A stretch of DNA of 64,000 nt from NCBI GenBank assembly GCA_033582715.1, contig JAVQZZ010000001.1, positions 486,843 to 550,842 of the forward strand. Reading direction: 5' to 3'. The notes under the pieces are model-generated. The model saw nothing but the letters and a program-made list of their open reading frames with translations. It was not told where the DNA came from and did no database searches. The position numbers and the translations under genes were made by a program. Source of the DNA: Lysobacterales bacterium (GTDB lineage: Bacteria; Pseudomonadota; Gammaproteobacteria; Xanthomonadales; BPKI01). Every line of letters starts with the position of its first letter. The stretch's first letter is position 1. Shown here piece by piece: positions 10,334 through 24,939 of the stretch.

Positions 10334-12332
10334 ATGCCGGGGCTGCTGCTCGCGCTCGCCCTCGCCCTCGACGGCGCGGCGCTCGAGCCGCTCGAGGTGC
10401 GGGGCCGGCGCGCGGAGCGCCACCCGACCCGGCCGGTCGCCTCGCTGCCCGCGCCTCGCGAGCGGCTGCTGCGGCACCCCGCCGAGCTTCTCGCCCTCGC
10501 CCCCGGGGTCTGGCTGAGCCGCGGCTCGGGTCAGGAGTCCCTGCTCGCGCTGCGCTCCCCGGTGCTCACCGGGCCCGGAAGCTGCGGCGCCTTCCTGATC
10601 CTCGACGACGGGATTCCGGTCCGGCCGGTCGGCTTCTGCAACGTCAACCAGGTCTTCGAGACCGCCTTCGAGCTCGCCGAGGGGCTGTGGGTGCTGCGCG
10701 GCCCCGGTGCGGTGGGGCTGGGAGGGGCGGCGCTCCACGGGGCGATCGGGCTGCGCCCGCCGCCGCTCACGGGATCGCCGGCGCTCGCGGTCGAGGGCGG
10801 GGCCTTCGCGCGTCGCGGGCTGCGCCTCGAGCTGCCGCTGGCCCTCGGCGCGGGGCGGCTGCGCCTGGACGCCCTGGGCGTGGAGAGCGACGGCTTCCGC
10901 GAGCGGGAGGGATTCCGGCAGCACAAGCTGCTTCTCCAGTGGCAGGGGGCGGAGGAAGGCCCGCGCCTGAGCCTGGTGGCGACCCGGCTGCGCCAGCGCA
11001 CGGCCGGCTTCGTCGCCGGCGAGGGCGCCTGGCGCGACCGCCGCCGCTTCGCGAATCCCACGCCCGAGGCCTTCCGCGACGCGGACGCGCTGCGCCTCGC
11101 GCTGCACGGCGGCGAGGAGGATCTCCGCTGGCGCGCGTTCCTGCGGCGCGACGCCCAGCGTTTCCTCCAGCACTTCATCCTCGGCCAGCCGCGCGAGGAC
11201 AACGGCAGCGCGAGCCTCGGCCTCGCGCTGCGCCGCGCCGCGGGAGCGGCGGCGCTGGGCCTCGACGTCGAGGCGGCGTGGGGGGAGGTGCGGGAATGGC
11301 AGGAGCGGGAGCTCACCGCGGGCCCGCCGCTCCAGCGCCTGATCCGCCCGGCCGGCCGTCACTACGACTTCGCCGTGCGTTCGCTGGCGATCGCGGGCTT
11401 CCTCGAGCGTGCCGGCACGCTCGGGGCGGGCTGGTGGCATGCCGGTCTGCGCGGCGAGCTGCTCGGCCTCGACTACGACAATCGGATGGCGCCGGGAAAC
11501 CTCCGCGAGGACGGCACGCCCTGTCCGGCGCCCGGCGGCTGCCTCTTCCAGCGTCCGGCCGACCGCCGCGACGCGCTTCGCCGCGGATCTCCGCCGAGCT
11601 CGGCTTCGCCCGTCCGCTGTCCGAGGGGGCGACGGCCAGCGCGCGGCTCGCGAGCGGGTTCAGGATGCCGCAGGTGCACGAGCTCTACCGGCTGCAGCGC
11701 GGCCAGGAGGTGGCGGACATCGGCCCGGAGCGGCTCGCGGGCCTCGAGCTCGGCTGGCGTCGGGATTGGGAGGGGGCCGAGCCTCGCCCTCGAGCTCTTC
11801 GCCTACCGCAAGCGCGACCTGGTGCTGCGCGACGCGGCCGGCTTCCTGGTGAGCGGCGGCCGTACCCGGCATTTCGGCGCGGAGCTCTCCTTCGCGCGCG
11901 CGCTCGGGAGCGGCTTCGCGGTCGCCGGGCAGCTCTCCCTCGCCCGCCACCGCTATGCCTTCACCCGCGAGCTCGCCGGCGGCGAGCGCATCGTCGCGGG
12001 GCGGCGCATCGACTCCGCGCCGCGGCGGCTCGTGGCGCGTCACGCTCAGCCGCCGCTTCGCCGGCGGCGTCCGAGGCGCGGCTCCTGCTGCGCCATCTCG
12101 GCCCCTATCCCACCGATGCCGAGAACCTCCACGTTTACGCTGGCCACACCCTGATCGATGCCGAGCTCGATGCTGCCCCTCGGGAGAGCACCTGGTCGCG
12201 AGCCTGAGGATCGCCAACCTCGGCGATCGGCCTCATGCGGAGCGCGCCGACTTCGCCTTCGGCGAGCATCGCGCCCTGCCGGGCGCGGGGCGGCACTGGC
12301 AGCTGCGCCTCGAGCGCCGCTTCGGCGGCTGA
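10334..12332 (+). CDS. TonB-dependent outer-membrane receptor; at least 5 frame breaks in the 3' third
   Basis: Plug-like N-terminus: LALAPGVWLSRGSGQESLLALRSPVL...FLILDDGIPVRP...AEGLWVLRGPGAVGLGGAALHGAIGL. Beta-barrel-like C-terminus: ...GFRMPQVHELYRLQRG..., ...LELFAYRKRDLVLRDAAGFLVSGGRTRHFGAELSF..., ending ...GRHWQLRLERRFGG. Starts 4 nt after the DUF1232 stop. Confidence 0.65.
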
Positions 12333-12336
12333 GGGC

Positions 12337-13627
12337 TCAGGCGGCGGCGAGTTCGGCGAAGGCCTCGCCGGCGGCGGCGAGGGTGGCCGCGATCTCGGCC
12401 TCGCCGTGGGCCGCGGAGACGAATCCGGCCTCGAAGGGGGAGGGCGCGAGGTAGACGCCGCGCGCGAGCATGGCGTGGAAGAAGCGGGCGAAGCGTGCGC
12501 GGTCAGTGGCCTGCACGGCGCGGAAGTCCCGGGGCGGCTCGTCGGCGGCGGTGAAGAACAGGCCGAACATCCCCGGGACCGCGACGGCGCGGAAGGGCAC
12601 CCCGGCGGCCTGCGCCGCCGCCTCGAGCCCGGCGCGGAGCGCCTCGGTGCGGGCGGCGAGACGCTCGTAGAAGCCCGGCTCCTCGGTGAGGCGCAGGGTG
12701 GCGAGACCGGCGGCCATCGCCACCGGGTTGCCCGAGAGCGTGCCGGCCTGGTAGACGGGACCCTCGGGGGCGACGAGCCGCATCAGCTCGGCCCGCCCGC
12801 CGTAGGCGCCGACCGGGAGCCCCCCGCCGATGATCTTGCCGAAGGTGGAGAGATCCGGCCGGATGCCGAGAAGCTGCTGTGCCCCGCCAGGGGCGACGCG
12901 GAAGCCGGTCATCACCTCGTCGAAGATCAGCAGTGCCCCGTGGCGGTCGCAGAGCGCGCGCAGCCCCTCGAGGAAGCCGGGTCGCGGCAGCACCAGCCCC
13001 ATGTTCCCGGCGATCGGCTCGACGATCGCCGCCGCGATTTCGCCGCCGAGCTCGGCGAAGCAGGCCTCCACGGCTGCCAGTGTCGTTGTAGGGGACGGTC
13101 ACGGTGAGGCGGGCGAGGGCCTCCGGCACGCCCGGCGAATCCGGGACGCCGAGCGTGGCGGCGCCCGAGCCGGCGGCGACCAGGAAGGCGTCGCCGTGGC
13201 CGTGGTAGCAGCCCTCGAACTTGAGGATGCGGCTGCGGCCGGTGGCGGCGCGCGCGAGCCGAATCGCCGCCATCGTCGCCTCGGTGCCCGAGTTGACCAT
13301 GCGCACCATCTCGAGCCCGGGGACGCGTCGGCAGAGCAGCTCCGCCATCTCGACCTCGGGCGGCGACGGAGTGCCGAAGGAGAGCCCGCCGCGGAGAGCC
13401 CGCGCGACCGCCTCGAGCACCGCAGGGTGGGCATGGCCGGCGATCATCGGCCCCCAGGAGCCGACGTAGTCGAGATAGCGGCGGCCCTCGACGTCCACCA
13501 GCCAGGCACCCTCGGCACGGGCGGTGAAGAAGGGCTCGCCGCCGACGGCACGGAAGGCGCGCACCGGCGAGTTGACGCCTCCCGGCATCAGGCGGCGGGC
13601 GCGGGCGAAGAGATCGCGATTGCTCAC
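12337..13627 (-). CDS. hemL: Glutamate-1-semialdehyde 2,1-aminomutase; single frame break near 13081
   Basis: [30 protein letters not shown]...[20 protein letters not shown]...YNDT | [24 protein letters not shown]...[11 protein letters not shown]...[15 protein letters not shown]. Removing one base at ~13081 restores [11 protein letters not shown], colinear with E. coli HemL. Confidence 0.95.
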
Positions 13628-13789
13628 GGCTCGGCGCGGGAGATGGGGGGCGACAGGCTAGCGCAGCGGTGGCGTCTCGGGGGTGGCCCGAGGGGAGCGG
13701 CGAGGGTAGCGCGCAAGAGGCCGTCCTGGCCGGATGCGGGCCCAGGCCGCCGCGGGCGAGCGCGATCGCCGGCACCGGCGCGGGCAGTC

Positions 13790-14443
13790 TCAGCGCGACG
13801 CCGGCTGAGGCTCCGCCGCCCCCGCGATCGCCGCCAGCAGCTCCGCGAGCGCGCGTTCCGGGCTGGCGGCGGCGAACACGGAGGAGATCACGGCGAGCAG
13901 ATCGGCCCCCGCCGCGCGCACCGCCGCGGCATTCGCGGGCGTGATCCCGCCGATCGCGCACAGCGGCAGCGCGAAGGCGCGTCGCGCCGCCTCGAGCAGG
14001 CCGATCCCGGCGCGTGCCGCTCCAGGCTTGGTGGCGGAGGGGAAGATGCTGCCGAAGGCGAGGTAGTCGGCTCCCGCGCTCGCGGCCCTCCGCCCGCGCT
14101 CGAGGTCGTCGTAGCAGGAGACCCCGATGATGGCGCGGGGCCCGAGCAAGGCCCGCGCCGCGGCGGGATCCGGATCGTCGCGCCCGAGGTGGACGCCGGC
14201 GGCGCCCACCTCGGCGGCGAGCCCGGGATCATCGTTGACGATCAGCGGCACCCCGTGGCGCGAGCAGAGCGCGGCGAGGCTGGCGGCGCGCCGGCGGCGC
14301 TCCTCGGGGGCGCTGCGCTTGTCACGGTACTGGAGCAGCGCGACCCCGCGCGGCAGCAGGTCCTCGAGCCGCGCCAGCAGGGCGGGGAAGTCCGCCGTCT
14401 CCGGGGTGAGCAGGTAAAGGCCTGCGAGGGCGGGCGGGCGCAT
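13790..14443 (-). CDS. thiE: Thiamine-phosphate synthase
   Basis: [15 protein letters not shown]...LLQYRDK...GVHLGRDD...GVSCYD...[17 protein letters not shown]...AIGGI. Intact. The track ORF extends to 14494, but the ATG at 14443 fits family length. Confidence 0.9.
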   Translation of the reverse strand: MRPPALAGLYLLTPETADFPALLARLEDLLPRGVALLQYRDKRSAPEERRRRAASLAALCSRHGVPLIVNDDPGLAAEVGAAGVHLGRDDPDPAAARALLGPRAIIGVSCYDDLERGRRAASAGADYLAFGSIFPSATKPGAARAGIGLLEAARRAFALPLCAIGGITPANAAAVRAAGADLLAVISSVFAAASPERALAELLAAIAGAAEPQPASR

Positions 14444-14509
14444 GGGCTGACGAGGGACTCGGGCCTGGGCGACAATAGCAGCTCCCGCTCCCACGGATTC
14501 CTCGCCCCG

Positions 14510-14710
14510 ATGCAGCCAGCCGAGCGTCTCGAAGCGCGCCCCTACCGCAGGTGGATGTGCGTCGTCTGCGGCTTCATCTACGACGAGGCGCAGGGCTGGC
14601 CCGAGGACGGCATCCCGCCCGGCACCCGCTGGGAGGACGTGCCCGAGACCTGGTGCTGCCCGGACTGCGGGGTGACTAAGTCGGACTTCGAGCCGATCGC
14701 CGAGGAGTGA
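14510..14710 (+). CDS. Rubredoxin
   Basis: [49 protein letters not shown] carries both CxxC pairs. ATG at 14510; the start could instead be the internal ATG at 14555. Confidence 0.9.
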   Translation: MQPAERLEARPYRRWMCVVCGFIYDEAQGWPEDGIPPGTRWEDVPETWCCPDCGVTKSDFEPIAEE

Positions 14711-14723
14711 TCCTCGGCGCTGC

Positions 14724-15179
14724 CTAGCGCGGCACGAAATCGAAACGGTCGCCGAGCCTGAGCCCCAGGCGCGCCGCCGTTCCGGCCGGGAGCTCGAGGA
14801 CGTAGCGTGCGGGCCTGAGCCCGGTGTAGGTCGGGCAGGACTCGACCCGGCAGGGCGGCACCGCGAGCTGCAGGTCCACCAGCCGCCGCTCGCCGTCGAA
14901 GTGGAGGATGTCGAGCGCGAGCCGCGTGTTCTTCATCCAGAAGGTGCGATGCGCCTCGTCCTCCCACACGAAGAGCATGCCGTGGTCGGCGGGGAGCTCG
15001 TCGCGCCACATCAGGCCGCGCTCGCGCAGCCGGTCGTCGTCCGCGATCTCGACCACGAACACCTCGCCCCCAAGCTCGACCTGGCGGTAGCGTCGTTCCG
15101 TCGGACAGCCCGCGAGCAGCAGGAGCATGACGGGAAGCAGCCACGGGACACGGGGAGGGCTGAGGCCTCGTCGGAGCAT
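14724..15179 (-). CDS. DUF192 family lipoprotein
   Basis: MLRRGLSPPRVPWLLPVMLLLLAGC (lipobox), then ...VEIADDDRLRERGLMWRDELPADHGMLFVWEDE...FWMKNTRLALDILHFD, typical of DUF192. The track ORF extends to 15221. Confidence 0.75.
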   Translation of the reverse strand: MLRRGLSPPRVPWLLPVMLLLLAGCPTERRYRQVELGGEVFVVEIADDDRLRERGLMWRDELPADHGMLFVWEDEAHRTFWMKNTRLALDILHFDGERRLVDLQLAVPPCRVESCPTYTGLRPARYVLELPAGTAARLGLRLGDRFDFVPR

Positions 15180-15267
15180 GGTTGCGGAGCAGTCGGTGCG
15201 GTCGCGGAGGGTCTCGACCATCGTGCCATGGCGCGCGCGCCGGGCGCGGCAGCGCGGGGGAAGGGTG

Positions 15268-15295
15268 TTGACTGTCTTTCTCTTTGGGGTAGACT
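15268..15295 (+). promoter_or_regulatory. Candidate rRNA operon promoter (sigma70 type)
   Basis: TTGACT (15268-15273), 16-nt spacer, TAGACT (15290-15295), then a GC-rich discriminator AGGGGGC. Lies about 180 nt upstream of the 16S 5' end. Confidence 0.5.
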
Positions 15296-15360
15296 AGGGG
15301 GCTCCCCTGGCGAGAGGCTGGGGGAGAGGTGTGTCCTGGCGGAGGCGCTGGGGCGGTGGT

Positions 15361-15373
15361 GGTTGTTTGACAG
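15361..15373 (+). promoter_or_regulatory. boxA-like antitermination element, leader copy
   Basis: GGTTGTTTGACA is repeated exactly in the 16S-23S spacer (17353-17364). This is the same leader-plus-spacer placement as rrn boxA (E. coli consensus TGCTCTTTAACAA). Confidence 0.55.
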
Positions 15374-15476
15374 TGTGCGCAGGTGTTTTGTGTGGGTGCC
15401 TGTAGGCTTGGACGCCTGTCAGGCTCCTGGACGACCGTTTGGTAGTTCCGGGGGTTGAGCTCTGCGGTTGGTTTGC

Positions 15477-17042
<1,566 letters not shown>

Positions 17043-17107
17043 GAGCGCGAGGGTGTCTGGTCTATGGGCACCCGCACAAGGCACCTGCGAGGTCCCTGGT
17101 CGAGGCT

Positions 17108-17182
17108 GGGGCTGTAGCTCAGTGGGAGAGCACCTGCTTTGCACGCAGGGGGTCGTCGGTTCGACTCCGATCAGCTCCACCA
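17108..17182 (+). tRNA. tRNA-Ala (anticodon TGC)
   Basis: GGGGCTGTAGCTCAGTGGGAGAGCACCTGCTTTGCACGCAGGGGGTCGTCGGTTCGACTCCGATCAGCTCCACCA. G3:U70 identity pair present; CCA encoded. Confidence 0.95.
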
Positions 17183-17211
17183 GAGGTTGTGGGGTGTGGG
17201 CGGTGGCGGCG

Positions 17212-17288
17212 GGGTCTGTAGCTCAGGTGGTCAGAGCGCACCCCTGATAAGGGTGAGGTCGGTGGTTCGAGTCCACCCAGACCCACCA
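17212..17288 (+). tRNA. tRNA-Ile (anticodon GAT)
   Basis: GGGTCTGTAGCTCAGGTGGTCAGAGCGCACCCCTGATAAGGGTGAGGTCGGTGGTTCGAGTCCACCCAGACCCACCA is near-identical to E. coli tRNA-Ile(GAU). CCA encoded. Confidence 0.95.
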
Positions 17289-17352
17289 GAGGCGGCTGGG
17301 GACGGCACACGGTGGTGGCAGGTTTGGTGGTGGTCGTGTTGAGGCGGCTGCC

Positions 17353-17365
17353 GGTTGTTTGACAA
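17353..17365 (+). promoter_or_regulatory. boxA-like antitermination element, spacer copy
   Basis: GGTTGTTTGACAA lies ~100 nt upstream of the 23S 5' end. It is an exact 12-nt repeat of the leader copy at 15361. Confidence 0.55.
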
Positions 17366-17467
17366 GACGGGAAGGAAGGCAAGCGTTGGGGTGAGGCCCA
17401 ACGTGTGTCGAGGCATGAAGGCGTTGGGGATCCGGTCGTTCTGGGTCGAGGAGGCCTGGGGCGGCAG

Positions 17468-20350
<2,883 letters not shown>

Positions 20351-20419
20351 TCGCCCCAGGCCCCCTCGCACACACACACACCGGACCCAACCCCCTTGCC
20401 TTTCCCTCCCGTCACCCCC

Positions 20420-20537
20420 TTCCTGGCGGCCATGGCGGCGTGGAACCACCCGATCCCATCCCGAACTCGGAAGTGAAACGCGCCAGCGCCGATGGTAGTG
20501 CGGCCCAAGCCGTGCAAGAGTAGGTCACCGCCAGGAT
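20420..20537 (+). rRNA. rrf: 5S ribosomal RNA
   Basis: TTCCTGGCGGCCATGGCGGCGTGGAACCACCCGATCCCATCCCGAACTCGGAAGTGAAACGCGCCAGCGCCGATGGTAGTG...GTAGGTCACCGCCAGGAT is colinear with E. coli 5S. Confidence 0.95.
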
Positions 20538-20748
20538 CCCCTCCCCCGCGCGCCCCGCCCCCCAGGCGGGGCGCTCGGCTTTCCGGCACCCCAAACACAA
20601 CCCCCCTCACCCACCCCCCGCCGCAGCCCCCTCGCACCGCCCCCGGGCATCCCCCCAAACCGCCAGGACAACCCCCACCTACCCCACCGGCAGCCCCTCC
20701 CCAAACACCTCCCGATACCACCAACCCACCCCACAGCCCCCCAAATCA
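20538..20748 (+). other. ~210-bp strongly C-rich, G-poor tract downstream of 5S (candidate Rho-utilisation region; G-run rich on the opposite strand)
   Basis: By hand count, 20581-20750 has only ~10-15 % G against ~55-60 % C. Example: CCAAACACAACCCCCCTCACCCACCCCCCGCCGCAGCCCCCTCGCACC. No credible ORF (see rejected items). Confidence 0.4.
20550..20584 (+). terminator. GC hairpin immediately after 5S (intrinsic-terminator-like, weak U tract)
   Basis: GCGCCCCGCC (20550-20559), 5-nt loop, GGCGGGGCGC (20565-20574): a perfect 10-bp stem followed by TCGGCTTTCC. Confidence 0.5.
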
Positions 20749-20781
20749 TGATTCTGCGTGCCAGGATGGGCGATCGCCGAA

Positions 20782-21471
20782 TCAGCGGGGTGGAAGCGGC
20801 ATCCGCTCGGGGAAAAGGAGTTCCCAGCGCACCTCGGCCAGATCCGCGGCGCCGAAGGAGAGCCGCGCGAGCCGCGGGACGGCGAGGAAACGCTCGAGCT
20901 CGCTCTCGACGGCGGCCGCCAGCAGGAGCTCCGGGTCGATCGCATTCGCGATCCATCCGACGCAGGACAGGCCGTCCGCGAGGATCGCACGCAGGGTGAG
21001 CCGGGCGTGACTGATGCAGCCGAGTCGCAGCCCGACCACGAGCAGAACGTCGCAGCCGAGAAGCCGCGCCAGGTCGGCGTGGTCGAGCCCCTCGGCGAGC
21101 GGGGAGAGCCAGCCGCCCGCGCCCTCGATCAGGAGCAGATCGCGACCCCGGGCGAGCTCCTCCGCGGCGGCCACGATCCGTGCGGGATCGATCGTCACCC
21201 CTGCCGCTCGCGCCGCGAGGTGCGGCGAGACGGGGAGCGGCAGGGCGAAGGGGTTCACCGTCTCGTAGGACAGGGGCTCCCCGACGGCAGCGATCAGGGC
21301 GAGCGCGTCGTCGTTGCGGAGCCCTTCCGCGGTCTCCACGCAGCCACTCGCGATCGGTTTCATCCCGGCGACCCGGAGCCCCCGTGCGCGAAGCGCGCGC
21401 AGCAGCGCGGCGGTCACGCGGGTCTTGCCGACGCCGGTGTCGGTTCCGGTCAGCAGGAGGCGGCGGGTCAC
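20782..21471 (-). CDS. bioD: Dethiobiotin synthase
   Basis: GTG start, then VTRRLLLTGTDTGVGKTRVTAALLRAL (P-loop GTDTGVGKT)...GMKPIASG...LLIEGAGGWLSPL. 229 aa, intact. The track ORF 20782..22098 over-extends upstream. Confidence 0.9.
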   Translation of the reverse strand: MTRRLLLTGTDTGVGKTRVTAALLRALRARGLRVAGMKPIASGCVETAEGLRNDDALALIAAVGEPLSYETVNPFALPLPVSPHLAARAAGVTIDPARIVAAAEELARGRDLLLIEGAGGWLSPLAEGLDHADLARLLGCDVLLVVGLRLGCISHARLTLRAILADGLSCVGWIANAIDPELLLAAAVESELERFLAVPRLARLSFGAADLAEVRWELLFPERMPLPPR

Positions 21472-21564
21472 GCCGATCGGCCTCGGTCCGCGGTCGCCCA
21501 CGCCCCGTGGCGTCCCGCCGAGGGCGTAGAATCTGCCGTCCGCACCCGACTCGCGGGACCACGC

Positions 21565-22059
21565 ATGTTCGCGCTCACGCCGAGGCTCGCCGAAGCCGCC
21601 GACAAGCCGGCGCTCTATCGCCTGCTGATCGAGCAGGGCAGGGCCCTGCTCGAGGGCGAGCATGATCGCGTCGCCCGTGCCGCGAACCTCGCCGCGCTGA
21701 TCTTCCATGCCCTGCCCGGACTCAACTGGTGCGGATTCTACTTCTGGAACGGCCGCGAGCTGGTGCTGGGCCCCTTCCAGGGCCGCCCCGCCTGCACCCG
21801 CATCGGCTGGGGCCGCGGCGTCTGCGGCAGCGCGCTCGCGGCGCGCCGCAGTCTGGTCGTCCCCGAGGTCTCCGACTTCCCGGGGCATATCGCCTGCGAT
21901 CCCGCGTCGCGCTCCGAGGTCGTCGTGCCGCTGTGGCGCGGCGACGCCCCCTTCGGCGTCCTCGACCTCGACAGTCCGCTGCCAGGGCGCTTCGACGAGG
22001 AGGACCGGATCGGCCTCGAGGCGCTCGCGAAGCTGTATCTCGACGGGGTCGCGGAATGA
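21565..22059 (+). CDS. GAF-domain protein, free methionine-(R)-sulfoxide reductase (MsrC/YebR)-like
   Basis: MFALTPRLAEAADKPALYRLLIEQGRALLEGE...NWCGFYFWNGRELVLGPFQGRPACTRIGWGRGVCG...FPGHIACDPASRSEVVVPL...GVLDLDSP matches the YebR-type GAF pattern. Intact. Confidence 0.75.
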   Translation: MFALTPRLAEAADKPALYRLLIEQGRALLEGEHDRVARAANLAALIFHALPGLNWCGFYFWNGRELVLGPFQGRPACTRIGWGRGVCGSALAARRSLVVPEVSDFPGHIACDPASRSEVVVPLWRGDAPFGVLDLDSPLPGRFDEEDRIGLEALAKLYLDGVAE

Positions 22060-22442
22060 GCGACGGCCTGCCCCAGGTCGGCACCAAGTCGGCCGCATGG
22101 CTGCGACAGGTCGGGGTCCGCAGCCGCGCGGACCTCGAGCGGCTCGGGGCGCTCGAGGCCTTCCTGCGCGTGAAGCGCGCCGGCTTCCGCCCGAGCCTGA
22201 ACCTGCTCTGGGCGCTCGAGGGGGCGCTGCTGCGCTGCCACTGGACCGCGGTGCCGGAGGCGCGCCGTCTCGAGCTCAGGCAGGCGCTGGCCGAGGCCGA
22301 GGCGCGCCTCGCGGCGGCGCGGGCCCATGGCGGGGCAGGCGGGGCTTTGCCCTCGCCCTCGGGCGCAGGGGCGGACGAGGACCCGGATTCGTTCGAGTCG
22401 CCCGGCTCCGCCTTCGACGAGCCGGAGACCGATCCCGACTGA
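22056..22442 (+). CDS. TfoX C-terminal-domain protein
   Basis: MSDGLPQVGTKSAAWLRQVGVRSRADLERLGALEAFLRVKRAGFRPSLNLLWALEGALL is a helix-hairpin-helix-like TfoX_C pattern, with an acidic tail. ATG overlaps the upstream stop (ATGA). Confidence 0.6.
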   Translation: MSDGLPQVGTKSAAWLRQVGVRSRADLERLGALEAFLRVKRAGFRPSLNLLWALEGALLRCHWTAVPEARRLELRQALAEAEARLAAARAHGGAGGALPSPSGAGADEDPDSFESPGSAFDEPETDPD

Positions 22443-22521
22443 GGCTCCTCGCCTCGCCGGGCTGCGCGATGCGCTCGGCCTCGCGTCGGACTCCGGCGCG
22501 CGGCCGCAGCGGCCTGGGCGC

Positions 22522-23010
22522 TCAGTGGAGCCGTTCGACCGGCGCGGCGAGCGTCGGCAGCACGCTCGGCGCGGCGCCCGCGCGCACGCCGGCGAGCACG
22601 CGCGAGAGCCGGACGAAGTCCTCGGCCAGCCGCGTGAAGAGGGCCGCGTAGCCGGCGCTCGCGTGCTCCGCGGCGGCGCGATAGGCGCTCTGCCCGAGCC
22701 GCGCGAAATATTCGCGGGAGACCCGGCGGCGCCGCGCCTGCGCCGGGAACCAGCCGCAGAGCAGCAGGCAGCGGTCGCCGACGTCGCGCAGCTCCTCGAG
22801 GCGCCGGCGCCCCACGAGTCCCGACGCCGCGAGCAGCTCGATCGCCATCACCCGCGCGAGCAAGGCGCCATCACGGGCATGCCGCATCAGCACGAAGACG
22901 AGATAGGCCTCGAGCTCCTCCTCGAGGCGCAGCCCGGTGCAGCGCTCGCTCTCGAGGACCAGGCTCTGCCACAAGGCTTCCGCAGATCCGGTGTGAAGTT
23001 CGGCTGCCAT
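22522..23010 (-). CDS. Hypothetical protein (162 aa), family not recognised
   Basis: Intact ORF with balanced composition (MAAELHTGSAEALWQSLVLESERCTGLRLEEELEAYLVFVLMRHARDG...). Convergent with the TfoX-C gene, upstream of glmS. Confidence 0.5.
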   Translation of the reverse strand: MAAELHTGSAEALWQSLVLESERCTGLRLEEELEAYLVFVLMRHARDGALLARVMAIELLAASGLVGRRRLEELRDVGDRCLLLCGWFPAQARRRRVSREYFARLGQSAYRAAAEHASAGYAALFTRLAEDFVRLSRVLAGVRAGAAPSVLPTLAAPVERLH

Positions 23011-23105
23011 CGCTCGGTCGCGAAGAGAGAAAAGACCGCGATGGCCTTCCTATAGCAGAGCCCCCGCGAGAGCGGAAACCAGCAGCCGCCCGCCCCTGCT
23101 GCCAA

Positions 23106-24939
23106 TCACTCCACCGTGACCGACTTCGCGAGATTGCGGGGACGGTCGACGTCGGTGCCCCGCAGCACCGCGACGTGGTAGGCGAGGAGCTGGAGCGGCA
23201 CGGTGAACACCAGCGGGGAGGCGAGCGTCCCGGCCGCCGGAACGGCGAGCAGGCGATCGCGCGGGCCGAGCGCCACGGGGCCGGTGTCCTCGCTCGGCGA
23301 AGACGAGGAGCTGACCGCCGCGGGCGCGAACCTCCTCGAGGTTGGCCTTGAGCTTCTCGAGCAGCGCGTCGTTCGGTGCCACCGCCACCACCGGCATGCG
23401 CTCGTCGACCAGCGCCAGCGGCCCGTGCTTGAGCTCGCCCGCCGGATAGGCCTCGGCGTGGATGTAGGAGATCTCCTTGAGCTTGAGCGCGCCCTCCATC
23501 GCGATCGGGTGATGGATGCCGCGGCCGAGGAACAGGGCGTGCTCCCGGTTCGCGAACTCGGCGGCGAGCGCGGCGATCGCCGGGTCGAGCTCGAGCGCCC
23601 GGCGCAGCAGTCCCGGAAGCGCGAGCAGCTCCTCGACCCGCGCCGGCTCGCGCGCCTCGGCTTCGGGCCTTCGCCGGGCGAGGACCAGGGCGAGCAGGGC
23701 GAGCGCGACCAGCTGCGTGGTGAAGGCCTTGGTGCTGGCCACACCGATCTCGGGACCGGCGCGGGTCATGAGGCAGAGCCCGCTCTCCCGCACCAGGCTG
23801 CTCGCGGGCACGTTGCAGATCGCGAGCGTCCCGAGATAGCCGCCGCGACGGGCCTGGCGCAGCGCGGCGAGGGTGTCGGCGGTCTCGCCGGACTGCGAGA
23901 TGCAGACGAACAGCGTGTCCGCGGGCACCACCGTCTGCCGGTAGCGGTACTCGCTCGCGATCTCGGCCTGCGCCGGGATCCCGGCGAGCGCCTCGATCCA
24001 GTGCCTTGCGACGCAGGCGGCGTGGTAGCTGGTGCCGCAGGCCACGAGGTGCACCGCGCGCGTGCGCGCCAGGAGCGCGTCGCCCTCGGGACCGAAGATC
24101 CCGGACAGCACCCGCCCGCCGGCGACGCGCCCCTCGAGGGTGTCGGCGACCGCCTGCGGCTGCTCGTGGATCTCCTTCTGCATGTAGTGCCGGTACTCCC
24201 CCCGCTCGACCGCGTCGAGGCTGAGGCCGATCGGCCGCGGCGCACGCTCCCGAGGCCGGCCGGCGGCGTCGAGGATCCGCCAGCGCCCGCCCTCGAGCAC
24301 GGCGAGCTCGCCCTCCTCGAGGTCGATCACCGAAGCGGCCTGGCCGACCAGGGCGTGGGCGTCGGAGGCGAGGAAGAGCGCCTGCTCGCCGAGGCCGATC
24401 AGCAGCGGACTGCCGCGCCTCGCCCCCACCACGACCCCGGGCTCGCGCGGGGAGACGACGCCGATCGCGTAGGCGCCCTCGAGCTCCGCCACCGCGCGCC
24501 GCACCGCCTCGACGAGCGCGACGCCGTCGCGGTAGTGGGAGGCGACCAGGTGGGCGATCGCCTCGCTGTCGGTGTCGGTGGCGAAGTCGTAGCCCTGCGC
24601 GCGCAGCCGCGCGCGCAGCGCCTCGTGGTTCTCGATGATGCCGTTGTGGACCACCGCGACCAGGTCCCCCGAGCACACCGGGTGCGCGTTGCGCTCGCTC
24701 GGCGCCCCGTGCGTGGCCCAGCGGGTGTGGGCGATGCCGGTACCGCCGGCGAGAGGCTCGGCCGCGAGCATGCCGGCCAGCGCCTCGACCCGGCCGAGGG
24801 CGCGGCGGATGCGGAAGCCGCCGTCCGCGAGGACGCAGATGCCCGCGGAGTCGTAGCCGCGGTACTCGAGGGCGCGCAGCCCGGCGAGCAGGACCGGGAC
24901 GAGGTCCCCTCGGCCGGTGCCGGCGATGATCCCGCACAT
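23106..24939 (-). CDS. glmS: Glutamine--fructose-6-phosphate aminotransferase; 1 frame break near 23280
   Basis: [34 protein letters not shown]...[11 protein letters not shown]...two SIS domains (CGTSYHA..., [10 protein letters not shown]...)...ending [25 protein letters not shown]. The C-terminal 60 aa are in the adjacent frame. Confidence 0.95.

Noticed and set aside
15367-15372. Perfect TTGACA as the -35 of a second rRNA promoter.
   Set aside because: There is no acceptable -10 at 16-18 nt (GTGTGG). The hexamer is part of the 12-nt element repeated before 23S, which is better explained as boxA.
20369-20380. (CA)6 microsatellite and other short repeats, considered as possible CRISPR or repeat arrays.
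   Set aside because: These are single short low-complexity runs inside the 23S-5S spacer. No repeat-spacer periodicity appears anywhere in the window.
20492-21010. 172-aa proline-rich ORF (…PPGSPPPRAPPPRR…PPQPPRTAPGHPPKPPGQPPPTPPAAPPQTPP…) just after the 5S gene.
   Set aside because: It is the translation of the C-rich non-coding tract and of the antisense of the bioD 3' end. It has no SD or start context and starts inside the 5S rRNA.
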